This document shows, one piece after another, positions 48,393-59,373 of a stretch of 64,000 nucleotides of DNA. The stretch's first letter is position 1. Every line of letters starts with the position of its first letter. A model generated the notes under the pieces. It saw nothing but the letters and a program-made list of their open reading frames with translations. It made no database searches and had not been told where the DNA came from. This DNA comes from Candidatus Raskinella chloraquaticus (GTDB taxonomy: Bacteria > Pseudomonadota > Alphaproteobacteria > Rhizobiales > UBA4765): positions 67,330-131,329 of the forward strand of contig DEZK01000012.1 of NCBI GenBank assembly GCA_002365175.1, read 5' to 3'. Both the position numbers and the translations under genes were made by a program.

Positions 48393-51300
48393 ATGCTGTC
48401 GGAACTGTGCATTCGCCGTCCGGTCATGACCATCCTGATGATGGTATCGTTTCTGGTTGCCGGTCTCTTCGCGCTGCGGCAATTGCCGGTCGCGGCCATC
48501 CCCCGCGTTGACTTTCCCACGATCTCGGTAAGCGCAACCTTGCCCGGCGCCAGCCCTGAAACCATGGCGGCCTCGGTCGCCTCGGTTCTGGAGCGCCAGT
48601 TCTCGACGATCGCCGGCATTTCCTCGATGACGTCAACCTCGACGCTTGGCAATGTCTCCATCGTTCTGCAGTTTGACCTTAACCGCAGCATCGATGGCGC
48701 CGCGCTCGACGTGCAGTCGGCGCTATCGGCGGCACAACGCCGCCTGCCCCAGGATTTGCCGGCGCCGCCAAGCTTCAGGAAGGTCAACCCCGCCGATTTT
48801 CCGATTATTTTCCTCTCCCTGTCCTCTCCGACGCTGCCTTTGTCGGTGGTCGACAATTATGCCAGCAACAACATCGTCCAGCGTGTGTCGCAATTGCCCG
48901 GCGTTGCCCAGGTGCTGGTATTCGGCAGCCAGAAATACGCGGTGCGCATCCGCGCCGACCTCGACCAGCTTGCGGTGCGCGGCCTGACGCTCACGGATTT
49001 GCGCAACGCCATCGCTAACGCCAATTCCAACACGCCGGTCGGCTCGCTCTCGGATGCCTCGCGCACGACCATTCTTGATGCCACAGGACCGGTGCCGCGC
49101 GCCGCGCAATACGCCCCCATCGTGGTAGCCTGGCAGAACGGGGCGCCGGTGCGCCTATCCGACGTCGCCAATCCCATCGACAGCGTCGAAAACGACAAGA
49201 TCGCCTCCTGGCTCAACGGTACGCGCTCCATCGTCATCGCCGTGCAGCGCCAGCCTGATGCCAATACCGTCGAGGTCGTTGATCAGGTCAAGGCATTGCT
49301 GCCGCAGATCCGCGCTGAAATTCCGCCTTCGGTCAGCATCACCGTTCTCAATGATCGCTCGATTTCGATCCGCGCCTCGATCGAGGATGTGCAGATTTCG
49401 CTTCTGCTGTCAGTCGTTCTGGTGGTGATGGTGATCTACCTCTTTCTCAAGAGCGCGCGGGCCACGATCATTCCTGCCCTTGCCCTGCCGATCTCGCTCA
49501 TCGGCACGTTTGCGGGCATGTACATGCTCGGCCACTCGGCCGACAATATCTCTCTTCTGGCGCTGACACTGTCGGTCGGCTTTGTGGTCGATGATGCTAT
49601 CGTCATGCTGGAAAACATCATGCGCCATATTGAAAATGGCGAAGAACCGTTACAGGCAGCCCTCAAGGGGTCGCGAGAAGTCGGCTTCACGATCATATCG
49701 ATGACGATCTCGCTGGTCGCGGTGTTCATCCCGGTGCTGTTCATGGGCGGCATTGTCGGGCGGCTCTTCAACGAATTCGGCGTCGATATCAGCCTGGCGA
49801 TCCTCATCTCCGGCGTCGTCTCGCTGACGCTGACGCCCATGCTGTGCGCCCGTCTGCTTCGCGCCCATGATCACGAGGAAAAGCACAACGTCATACTGAG
49901 AGGCTTCGACCGCGCCTTTGCTGCCGTCCAGCGCGGCTATGAGCGGACGTTGCGAGGCGCCGTGAAAGCGCCGTCGATCATGCTGATAGCGACGCTCGCC
50001 AGCTTTGTGATCACTGTTGTGCTGTTCCGGGATATTCCGAAAGGGTTTTTCCCCACCGAGGACAATGGGTTGATTTCGGTCTCGACCGTCGGTCCGGACG
50101 ATGCGTCCTTCGATGCCATGGTCCAGCGTCAGTTGGCGGCCGCCGAGATCATCAAGAACGACAAGGATGTCCTGCTCGTCCAATCGACGGTTGGTGGCGG
50201 CAATGCGGCCAATACGGTCAATTCGGGGCGCATGTTCATCACCCTGCGCGACAAGCCTGAACGCAAGGATAATATTGTCGACATTATCCAGAGGCTGCGC
50301 CGGCAGGTGGCCGGTGTGCCCGGCATCCAGCTGTTCTTCCAGCCTGTCCAGTCCATTTCAGTGGGCGCGGTGCAATCGCGCAGCCTTTATCAATACACGC
50401 TGGTCAGTACCGATCTTGAGGCGCTGCGCAGTTTCGCGCCGCAGATCGAAACGCGCATGCGCGCCATTCCTGGCGTCGTTGATGTCACCTCCGATCTTCA
50501 GGTGCGCGCCCGCTCGGCGGTGATCGATATCGACCGCGACACGGCCGCCCGCCTTGGCCTGTCGATTGAACAGATCCGCCAGATCCTGTTCTCGGCCTTC
50601 GGATCACGTCAGGTTTCGACGATTTTCGCCGATGATACCTATCAGGTCATTCTCGAGGCTGATCCGCGCTATGCTGAGCCTTCGGAAATTCTGCGCCGCC
50701 TGACGATCCGCACCCCCGCCAATCTCAATCCCGGCACTGCCGGCACCACGGCAACCCCCCCCAGCACCACAAACCAGGGCGGGACGGGCGGCAATCAGAA
50801 CACCGGCATCGTCACGTCGACGGCCGGGGCGATCGTGCCGCTCGATGCGATCGCGCGCATCACTGACAAGCCGGCGGCGCTGACAGTTCAGCATGTAGGC
50901 CAGCTGCCGGCGGTCACTGTGTCCTTCAACCTGGCGCCGGGCGTGTCGCTTGGCCAGGCAATCGCCGCGATTGAAAAAAGCGCCGAGGACATCGGCATTC
51001 CACCGTCGATTGCCAGCAGCTTCCAGGGCACGGCGCAGATTTTCCAGGCGGCGCTGGCTAACCAGACCCTGCTGCTGTTTGCCGCCGTTCTTGTCATCTA
51101 TATCGTTCTGGGTGTTCTCTATGAAAGCTTCATCCACCCGCTGACCATTCTGTCCGGCCTGCCGACGGCGGGCATCGGCGCCCTTCTGACATTGCGGCTC
51201 TTTGGCATGGAATTATCGGTCATTGCCATGATCGGCCTCGTCATGCTGATCGGCATCGTCAAAAAGAACGCCATCATGATGGTTGATTTTGCAATCGAGC

Positions 51301-51626
51301 GCGGCAAGCAGGGCGCAAGCCCCGAGGCGGCGATCATCGAGGCGGCAACGCTGCGCTTCAGGCCGATCATGATGACGACGCTGGCGGCTATCTGCGGCGC
51401 CCTGCCGATCGCTATCGGGGCTGGCGCCGGCGCCGAGCTGCGCCAACCGCTTGGTGTGGCTGTCGTCGGCGGCCTGTGCCTGTCGCAAGTACTGACGCTT
51501 TACATCACGCCGGTGATCTATCTCACCTTCGAAAGCCTGTCGCAGCGGTTTTCGGCCTACAATAGCCGGCAGACGAGTGCCGCCGCCGCCGGCCGCGTGG
51601 CAGGCGCCCCCACCCCGGCGGAATAA
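48393..51626 (+). CDS. RND efflux permease (AcrB/MdtB/MdtC-like)
   Basis: 1077 aa starting MLSELCIRRPVMTILMM, with 12 TM helices, two large periplasmic loops and the conserved GFVVDDAIVMLENI proton-relay region. Confidence 0.9.
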   Translation: MLSELCIRRPVMTILMMVSFLVAGLFALRQLPVAAIPRVDFPTISVSATLPGASPETMAASVASVLERQFSTIAGISSMTSTSTLGNVSIVLQFDLNRSIDGAALDVQSALSAAQRRLPQDLPAPPSFRKVNPADFPIIFLSLSSPTLPLSVVDNYASNNIVQRVSQLPGVAQVLVFGSQKYAVRIRADLDQLAVRGLTLTDLRNAIANANSNTPVGSLSDASRTTILDATGPVPRAAQYAPIVVAWQNGAPVRLSDVANPIDSVENDKIASWLNGTRSIVIAVQRQPDANTVEVVDQVKALLPQIRAEIPPSVSITVLNDRSISIRASIEDVQISLLLSVVLVVMVIYLFLKSARATIIPALALPISLIGTFAGMYMLGHSADNISLLALTLSVGFVVDDAIVMLENIMRHIENGEEPLQAALKGSREVGFTIISMTISLVAVFIPVLFMGGIVGRLFNEFGVDISLAILISGVVSLTLTPMLCARLLRAHDHEEKHNVILRGFDRAFAAVQRGYERTLRGAVKAPSIMLIATLASFVITVVLFRDIPKGFFPTEDNGLISVSTVGPDDASFDAMVQRQLAAAEIIKNDKDVLLVQSTVGGGNAANTVNSGRMFITLRDKPERKDNIVDIIQRLRRQVAGVPGIQLFFQPVQSISVGAVQSRSLYQYTLVSTDLEALRSFAPQIETRMRAIPGVVDVTSDLQVRARSAVIDIDRDTAARLGLSIEQIRQILFSAFGSRQVSTIFADDTYQVILEADPRYAEPSEILRRLTIRTPANLNPGTAGTTATPPSTTNQGGTGGNQNTGIVTSTAGAIVPLDAIARITDKPAALTVQHVGQLPAVTVSFNLAPGVSLGQAIAAIEKSAEDIGIPPSIASSFQGTAQIFQAALANQTLLLFAAVLVIYIVLGVLYESFIHPLTILSGLPTAGIGALLTLRLFGMELSVIAMIGLVMLIGIVKKNAIMMVDFAIERGKQGASPEAAIIEAATLRFRPIMMTTLAAICGALPIAIGAGAGAELRQPLGVAVVGGLCLSQVLTLYITPVIYLTFESLSQRFSAYNSRQTSAAAAGRVAGAPTPAE

Positions 51627-51703
51627 GCCGCCCCCCACCTCCAGCGGCAGCCCCTTGGGTCTTAACCATGGGGGTGATCTGCGCCTTTTTACCCGGCGTT
51701 CTT

Positions 51704-51732
51704 CTTGACTTCCGTGGCCGCCCGCCTTATTT
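51704..51732 (+). promoter_or_regulatory. candidate RpoH (sigma-32)-type promoter of groESL
   Basis: CTTG-N18-CTTATTT matches the alphaproteobacterial sigma-32 consensus (CTTG-N17/18-CYTATNT) and lies just upstream of CIRCE. Confidence 0.45.
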
Positions 51733-51743
51733 CACCGACGCGG

Positions 51744-51770
51744 TTGGCACTCACCTGATGTGAGTGCTAA
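51744..51770 (+). promoter_or_regulatory. CIRCE operator (HrcA binding site)
   Basis: TTGGCACTC-N9-GAGTGCTAA compared with the consensus TTAGCACTC-N9-GAGTGCTAA. It lies 72 nt upstream of the groES ATG. Confidence 0.85.
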
Positions 51771-51841
51771 TAGACCGCTTGTGCGGTTTATCCGTACATT
51801 CACAGAAACGGCATTCAGAAAACACCTGGAGAGAGCCTAAA

Positions 51842-52129
51842 ATGAAATTCCGTCCGTTGCACGACCGTGTGGTCGTCCGCCGCCTCGAGGGCGAGGAAAA
51901 GACCAAGGGTGGCATCATTATTCCCGATACCGCCAAGGAGAAGCCGCAGGAAGGGCAAGTTGTTGCCGTTGGAACCGGCGCGCGTGACGAAGCGGGGAAG
52001 CTCGTTCCCCTCGACGTCAAAAAGGGCGACCGCATCCTCTTTGGCAAGTGGTCCGGCACTGAAGTCAAGATCGACGGCGAAGAGCTGCTGATCATGAAGG
52101 AATCCGACATCATGGGCGTGATCGGCTGA
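51842..52129 (+). CDS. groES: co-chaperonin GroES
   Basis: [39 protein letters not shown] take the start at the ATG at 51842; the upstream part of the track ORF covers CIRCE. Confidence 0.95.
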   Translation: MKFRPLHDRVVVRRLEGEEKTKGGIIIPDTAKEKPQEGQVVAVGTGARDEAGKLVPLDVKKGDRILFGKWSGTEVKIDGEELLIMKESDIMGVIG

Positions 52130-52149
52130 CGCCGACTGCCCTTTCGTAA

Positions 52150-53808
<1,659 letters not shown>

Positions 53809-53839
53809 CGCCCGTCACATCTCGACTGCACATGGCGGA

Positions 53840-53871
53840 GGCCCGGTTTCGACCGGGCCTTTTGCATTTTT
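53840..53871 (+). terminator. intrinsic terminator of groESL
   Basis: GGCCCGG-TTTCGA-CCGGGCC hairpin followed by TTTTGCATTTTT, 32 nt after the groEL stop. Confidence 0.8.
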
Positions 53872-53942
53872 CGGCACTTATTTACGGGCAATTAACCCTA
53901 ATGGGGCATGAATAGGGCATCTCGAACGGGGGAGTATGCCCG

Positions 53943-54695
53943 GTGATACGACGCACGATAACCCTATCTTCCCTCGCCGCAGTAGGCTTATCTATCAGCG
54001 GGCCGGCAGCCTTGGCAGCTGATCTGACACCGCCGGTGCCCCGGCAAGCCTATGGCGAGGCAGCGGACGGACGAGACGGCGTCTACGTCGCACTGCGCGG
54101 CGGCTATAACAGCCTTGATGACAGCGTTTACAATTTTAACAACGTCACGGCGCCGGTCGCCTTCACAACGAAGGCCACCACCTCCTACCGGTCCGGCTAC
54201 GCCTATTCCGGCGCGCTGGGTTATGATTTCGGCGAGTTCACGCCCGGGTTCGGCTCGCGTATCGAGGTGGAAGTTGGCCAGTTCAGCAACAAGGTCCGCG
54301 GGCAGACCCTGTCGACATCTCTTGGCACGGCCACCAGTTTCTCCGGAAACCAGGTCAGCGGTACAACCAACGCCACCACCGGCCTTGTCAACTATTACGT
54401 CGATGCCCTGCTCGGACCCTTCAAACCCTTCGCCACGCTCGGCCTTGGCGTCACCAGCGTTAATTTCAGCAACCATCTTGCCGCCGGAAACAGCCTCATC
54501 AACAGCACCCGTGTCAGCTGGGCGTGGTCGGGTGGCGGTGGCATCGGCTACGACATCACCGACAACATCACGCTGGAGGCCGCCTACCGCTATCTTGAGC
54601 TGCGCGATGTGCAGGTCACATCGGCGGCTGGCACCAACAGCAAGATCAATCTGCGCAACCAGCAGGCGACGCTTGGTGTGCGCGTGCGGTTCTGA
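53943..54695 (+). CDS. outer-membrane beta-barrel protein (Omp25/Omp31/OmpA-like barrel family)
   Basis: 250 aa with a GTG start, a signal peptide ending PAALAA, alternating beta-strand pattern and a C-terminal LGVRVRF (terminal Phe beta-signal). Confidence 0.8.
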   Translation: MIRRTITLSSLAAVGLSISGPAALAADLTPPVPRQAYGEAADGRDGVYVALRGGYNSLDDSVYNFNNVTAPVAFTTKATTSYRSGYAYSGALGYDFGEFTPGFGSRIEVEVGQFSNKVRGQTLSTSLGTATSFSGNQVSGTTNATTGLVNYYVDALLGPFKPFATLGLGVTSVNFSNHLAAGNSLINSTRVSWAWSGGGGIGYDITDNITLEAAYRYLELRDVQVTSAAGTNSKINLRNQQATLGVRVRF

Positions 54696-54788
54696 GAAAC
54701 CAGCCCAGGGTTGGAGATTTAACCGGCCTTAACCGATCACCTTTATGATCCCTGACTGGTTCACTGGGGCGCTGGGATCACCGGGCAC

Positions 54789-56966
54789 ATGGTACGTTTA
54801 TCGACAAAGCGCGTTTTTCGCTGGCTGGACGAACGTGGGGTGGGCCCCTTGCAGCTGCACGCCATGACGTTGCTGTGGGCGCTTCTGACCTGTTTTGTCC
54901 TCATCACGGTCACGACCGAGATCGTTTTTTCCAATCGCAGCATCGAACGCGAGATCACCGTACAGGCGATCGCGACTGCGCGCACGATCAGCGCCCTGGC
55001 GGCGGACCCGCTCGCGTCAGGGCCGCTGGTGAACGCCGCGCCGGTCATCACCACCATGGTTCAGTTCGGCGACATCGAAAGCATCGAGATCATCGATGTC
55101 ATGACCGCCCAGACCCTGCATGTTGAGCGCTCTCATTTCCGCCTCGACAAGATGTTGCGGGAAGATGATATCGAGATTTTCCGCACCTCCGGGCAAAATC
55201 GTCTGGCATCGATTGTCAATCAGCGTGAAGAACGTCTCGAGGTGGTTCTGCCATTCTTCGTCCAGGAAGAAAGCCGCGGGCTGATCCGAACCATATCGAC
55301 TTATGAATTCCCCGCTCTGAAGCGCCGCGAGGCGATCAGCCGCAGTGCGGTGATCGGCGGTATCTTTCTCTGCCTTGCGCTGCCCGGGGTGTTCTTCCTG
55401 ATGTCAACGCTGCTGCAACCGATCCGCGAATTGACCAATGCGGCCAAGGATATGACCCGCGGCAGGCTCGTCAATTTCTCACTCGGGCTGAACCGGCCAG
55501 ACGAAATCGGCAGCCTTGCGCGTTCCTTCAAACGCATGACGGCCCATCTTGCCAAGAGCATGGCCGAAGAGCGCCGCCTGGCCTATGTCGATCCCGTGAC
55601 GGGCTTGTCCAACCGTGAACGGATGCGCCGGGCGATCGAGAAAGTCGTGACGGTTCCCCCTCACAAGACCTATCAGCGCGGCCTCCTGTTCATCGATCTT
55701 GATGGCTTCAAGCAAGTCAACGACATGCTCGGCCATGATCGTGGAGACCGGTTGCTGGAAGCGGTCGGGCGGCGCTTCGAGGCTGTGTGCACGGAGCTCG
55801 ACTATGATTTGCTGAACTCGCTTGACAGCACATATGATCGTCAAACCGACCGGCGCATTGCGCGCATCGGGCGGCTTGGCGGCGATGAATTCGTCATCAT
55901 GGCGCGTTTTGAGGGGCTGAGCGGCGCGGAAAAACTGGCGCAGGCGATCATCACCGCTTTGCGCGACCCCTTCCTGATCGATGGTCATCGCCTGGAAGTC
56001 GGCGCCTCGATCGGCATCGCCCGCTTTCACGAGGATGGCAATGACGCCTCGACATTGATGCGCCATGCTGATCTGGCGATGTATGAGGCAAAGGAAAAGG
56101 GCGGGCGCACCTACTGTGTCTATTCAAGCGAGATGGGGCAGAGAATGCTCGACCATCTCATTCTCGAAATGGAATTGCGGCGCGCCATCGGCAATGACGA
56201 GATCGAAGCCTTCTACATGCCGAAGGTTTATCTCGATACCCAGCAGATCTGCGGGTTCGAGGCGCTGGCGCGCTGGCGCCATCCGACCAAAGGTTTGATC
56301 CCGCCAGACAAATTCATTCCTATTGCCGAACGCACCGGGATCATCGCGGATATTGACCGCATCATTCTGCGCAAGGCGGTGCGGCAGGCCAAATGGTGGG
56401 TGGATCAAGGCACGCCTGTGCCGGTCGCGGTCAACGTGTCACCCATTCACCTTGATCGCCCTGATTTCGCCAGCCACATCGAGCAGGTATTGAGCAAGAA
56501 CAATCTTGACGGTCGCCTGCTTGAAATCGAAGTGACGGAAACGGCCGCAATGAGAGAGGGATCAGGCATATTTGAGGGGCTTGCCCAATTGAAATCGCAA
56601 GGCATACGCATTGCGATTGATGATTTCGGCACCGGATATTCCAATCTTGCCCAACTCTACAAAGTGCCCGCGAACGTCATCAAGATCGATGGCAGCCTGG
56701 TGCGAAATCTCGGCAAAAGCGAGGATGCCGAGCTGCTGATCAAGACTGTCGTCACACTTGCCGATCAACTAGGCCTTGATATTGTGGCCGAAGGCGTCGA
56801 CAGCGAGCTCAAGCACGACAGTCTGAAGAGGCTTGGCTGCAGGATGGGGCAAGGGTTTCTGTATTCACCGCCCATGCCCGTTGCGAAAGCGACCGATTGG
56901 CTCTTGGCCAACAACAGCAGTACACCTGCCGATTTATCCTTCTTATCAAATAAAATAGCAATATAA
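54789..56966 (+). CDS. membrane sensor protein with HAMP-GGDEF-EAL domains
   Basis: 725 aa with two TM segments flanking a ~170-aa periplasmic region and a HAMP domain. The GGDEF motif is intact (RLGGDEFVIM), and the EAL domain keeps canonical residues (FEALARW, EVTE, DDFGTGYSNL, KID, EGVD, QGF). Confidence 0.9.
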   Translation: MVRLSTKRVFRWLDERGVGPLQLHAMTLLWALLTCFVLITVTTEIVFSNRSIEREITVQAIATARTISALAADPLASGPLVNAAPVITTMVQFGDIESIEIIDVMTAQTLHVERSHFRLDKMLREDDIEIFRTSGQNRLASIVNQREERLEVVLPFFVQEESRGLIRTISTYEFPALKRREAISRSAVIGGIFLCLALPGVFFLMSTLLQPIRELTNAAKDMTRGRLVNFSLGLNRPDEIGSLARSFKRMTAHLAKSMAEERRLAYVDPVTGLSNRERMRRAIEKVVTVPPHKTYQRGLLFIDLDGFKQVNDMLGHDRGDRLLEAVGRRFEAVCTELDYDLLNSLDSTYDRQTDRRIARIGRLGGDEFVIMARFEGLSGAEKLAQAIITALRDPFLIDGHRLEVGASIGIARFHEDGNDASTLMRHADLAMYEAKEKGGRTYCVYSSEMGQRMLDHLILEMELRRAIGNDEIEAFYMPKVYLDTQQICGFEALARWRHPTKGLIPPDKFIPIAERTGIIADIDRIILRKAVRQAKWWVDQGTPVPVAVNVSPIHLDRPDFASHIEQVLSKNNLDGRLLEIEVTETAAMREGSGIFEGLAQLKSQGIRIAIDDFGTGYSNLAQLYKVPANVIKIDGSLVRNLGKSEDAELLIKTVVTLADQLGLDIVAEGVDSELKHDSLKRLGCRMGQGFLYSPPMPVAKATDWLLANNSSTPADLSFLSNKIAI

Positions 56967-57201
56967 ACAGCTCTCTTTTATGGTATTAATTTACCGTATA
57001 ACCTATGTGACTTGATATTAATGTTTTTTATATTTATAAAAGTTCTCTTTTTTATTTATCCTGAAAAACATCTATATCATTTAGCGCTCTATGCGCATTT
57101 ACGTATTTATAACCAGTTTCTTTGCCTGAAAGGTTATCTTTCCCCCGTATGGTCGCAAGATCGAGGCAGAACTTTCTCGATCTCGGCTGGGGGTCCGTTG
57201 C
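56967..57201. promoter_or_regulatory. strongly AT-rich intergenic spacer upstream of the second GGDEF-EAL gene
   Basis: A ~235-nt stretch such as TTTTTTATATTTATAAAAGTTCTCTTTTTTATTTATCC contrasts sharply with the surrounding GC-rich DNA. It presumably holds the promoter and regulatory region. Confidence 0.5.
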
Positions 57202-59373
57202 ATGCTGTGGACGAGAATCAGGTCCTATATCAAACGCCAGACGCTTCGCCGCATTGGCGTCCTGCAAATGCGAGCGGCGATGGCGTTGCTGATTGGCATT
57301 TGTTCTTTTGGCGGGCTTCTCGTCTATGTCGACCAGGAAATCACCGAACGCGCTCTGAAGAAGGAACTCTTCGATCAGTCCATGTCCTTCTCGCGGATCG
57401 TCGCGGCGATGGTCGAGGAGCGTCTCAATCACGGGCAATTGACGGAAGTGGATACGGGCTTCCGCGAGACCCTGCAGCAGATCGCCCGCTCGGCAAATAT
57501 CGAACATGGTGTTATTCACGATGCCCAGCAGGGCATGTCGCTCGAATTCAGGCCCGACACAACTTTCTTCCTTGAGCATGACATCTGGCCTTGTGTGGAA
57601 GAAGTTCTTGAAACCGGTCAGTTCGCCAGCCGCGTCCAGCAGGATCAGATGGCGGTTGCGGTTCCCTTGTTGATCGGGGGCAAGCTGCGCGGCGCGGTAT
57701 CGGTCATCCAGACGAAGGAATTCTTTGCCTACAAACGCGGCGAGGCCGTTCTGCGCGCGAGCTTTATCGTTGGCGGCTTCAGCGCGATCTTCGTGCCGGT
57801 CATGCTGCTGTTGCTGTCAAGGCTGTTGAAGCCTCTCAACCTTCTGACGCGCGCGGCGCGCCAGCTTGCCGGCGGACACCTGCCTGATCTTGCAACGTCA
57901 ACAAGCAGGCGCGATGAAATCGGCATGCTCTCACGTGCCTTTGGCCGCATGGCCACCACCATCCGTAAAAATTCAGCGGCAGAAAAACGTCTGGCGAACA
58001 CCGATCCGGTGACCGGGCTGGCCAATCGCGCGCGGATTGAGACGATTATCGCCATGGCGGCGCAGACCCACGCCACCACCATGCAGCCATGGTCGATATT
58101 CTTTATCGACCTCGACAAGTTCAAGCGTGTCAATGACACACTTGGTCATCAGGTTGGTGACGAGGTCCTGATGGAAGCTGGCCGCCGCATCAGCGCCGTC
58201 TGCGCAGAGCAGGGCTATCATGTCGATGACCCGCTCACCTGCGATGATATGATGACGGGTACCCAGCCGCTTGCCTATAATGCGCGCTTCGGGGGCGATG
58301 AATTTGTCGTGGTGACGCGTTCGGCATTGCAGGGCGAGGCCTCGCCTGCCGAACTAGGTCAGGCGATCATCGCTGCCCTCCAGCGGCCGATCCGGGTCGA
58401 CGCACATGCCATTGATATCGGTGCGTCGATCGGCATCTCGATGATGCCCGAGCATGGCACCAGCCCGACATCGCTGCTGCGCTATGCCGATCTGGCGATG
58501 TATGCGATCAAAAAGGCCGGCGGCACCGGTTGCAGGATCTATTCGGAAGAATTGTCAGACAAGGCCGTCTCGGAGATGATCGTCGAGATGGACCTTCATC
58601 GTGCGCTGGGTGAGGGCGAGATCGTACCGTTCTACATGCCGAAGATTCGCTTTTCCAATGGCAAGATCAGCGGCTTTGAAGCCCTGGCGCGCTGGCACCA
58701 TCGCGAAAAGGGCCTCATTCCGCCTGACCGTTTCATCCCCATCGCCGAGGAGCGGGGCCTCATCACCGAAATCGACCGGGCGATCCTGCGCCAGGCAGCC
58801 AAACAGGCCGTCATCTGGTGGAAACAGGGGCTGGTCCTGCCGATTGCAGTCAACGTCGCGCCGGTACACTTTGAGCGAGATGACTTCGTGGAATATGTCG
58901 AGCGTGTCATCAATGACACAGGGGTCCCCGGTTTCCTGCTTGAGCTTGAGTTCACGGAGACGGCCGCGATGGGCAATTCAACCGATGTGGTTGAAAAAGT
59001 GTCACGCCTCAAGAAACTCGGTGTGCGTTTTGCCATTGATGATTTCGGAACCGGCTACTCCAATCTGGCGCAGCTGCGCCGCCTGCCGGTCGATGTCCTC
59101 AAGATCGACCGCAGCCTTACCCGCCATATCGAGACGGATTCAGAAGCCAATCTGGTCATCCAGACGGTCATCGCCATGACGCAGCAGATGAAACTCGAAA
59201 TCGTCGTCGAGGGCGTCGAGAACGACGAGCAATCCGCCATTCTTGGGGCGCTCGGCTGCACCTATGCGCAGGGCTATCTCTACGGCGCGCCAAAATCGCT
59301 TGACGATACCACCAGGCTGCTGGCGCCCATGCTGGTTCCCGCAAGCGCCCCGGCGCGCGTCGTCAATGGCTGA
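57202..59373 (+). CDS. membrane sensor protein with HAMP-GGDEF-EAL domains (paralog of the upstream gene)
   Basis: 723 aa with the same architecture, colinear from the N-terminus. GGDEF is intact (RFGGDEFVVV), and the EAL residues are present (FEALARW, EFTE, DDFGTGYSNL, KID, EGVE, QGY). Confidence 0.9.
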   Translation: MLWTRIRSYIKRQTLRRIGVLQMRAAMALLIGICSFGGLLVYVDQEITERALKKELFDQSMSFSRIVAAMVEERLNHGQLTEVDTGFRETLQQIARSANIEHGVIHDAQQGMSLEFRPDTTFFLEHDIWPCVEEVLETGQFASRVQQDQMAVAVPLLIGGKLRGAVSVIQTKEFFAYKRGEAVLRASFIVGGFSAIFVPVMLLLLSRLLKPLNLLTRAARQLAGGHLPDLATSTSRRDEIGMLSRAFGRMATTIRKNSAAEKRLANTDPVTGLANRARIETIIAMAAQTHATTMQPWSIFFIDLDKFKRVNDTLGHQVGDEVLMEAGRRISAVCAEQGYHVDDPLTCDDMMTGTQPLAYNARFGGDEFVVVTRSALQGEASPAELGQAIIAALQRPIRVDAHAIDIGASIGISMMPEHGTSPTSLLRYADLAMYAIKKAGGTGCRIYSEELSDKAVSEMIVEMDLHRALGEGEIVPFYMPKIRFSNGKISGFEALARWHHREKGLIPPDRFIPIAEERGLITEIDRAILRQAAKQAVIWWKQGLVLPIAVNVAPVHFERDDFVEYVERVINDTGVPGFLLELEFTETAAMGNSTDVVEKVSRLKKLGVRFAIDDFGTGYSNLAQLRRLPVDVLKIDRSLTRHIETDSEANLVIQTVIAMTQQMKLEIVVEGVENDEQSAILGALGCTYAQGYLYGAPKSLDDTTRLLAPMLVPASAPARVVNG

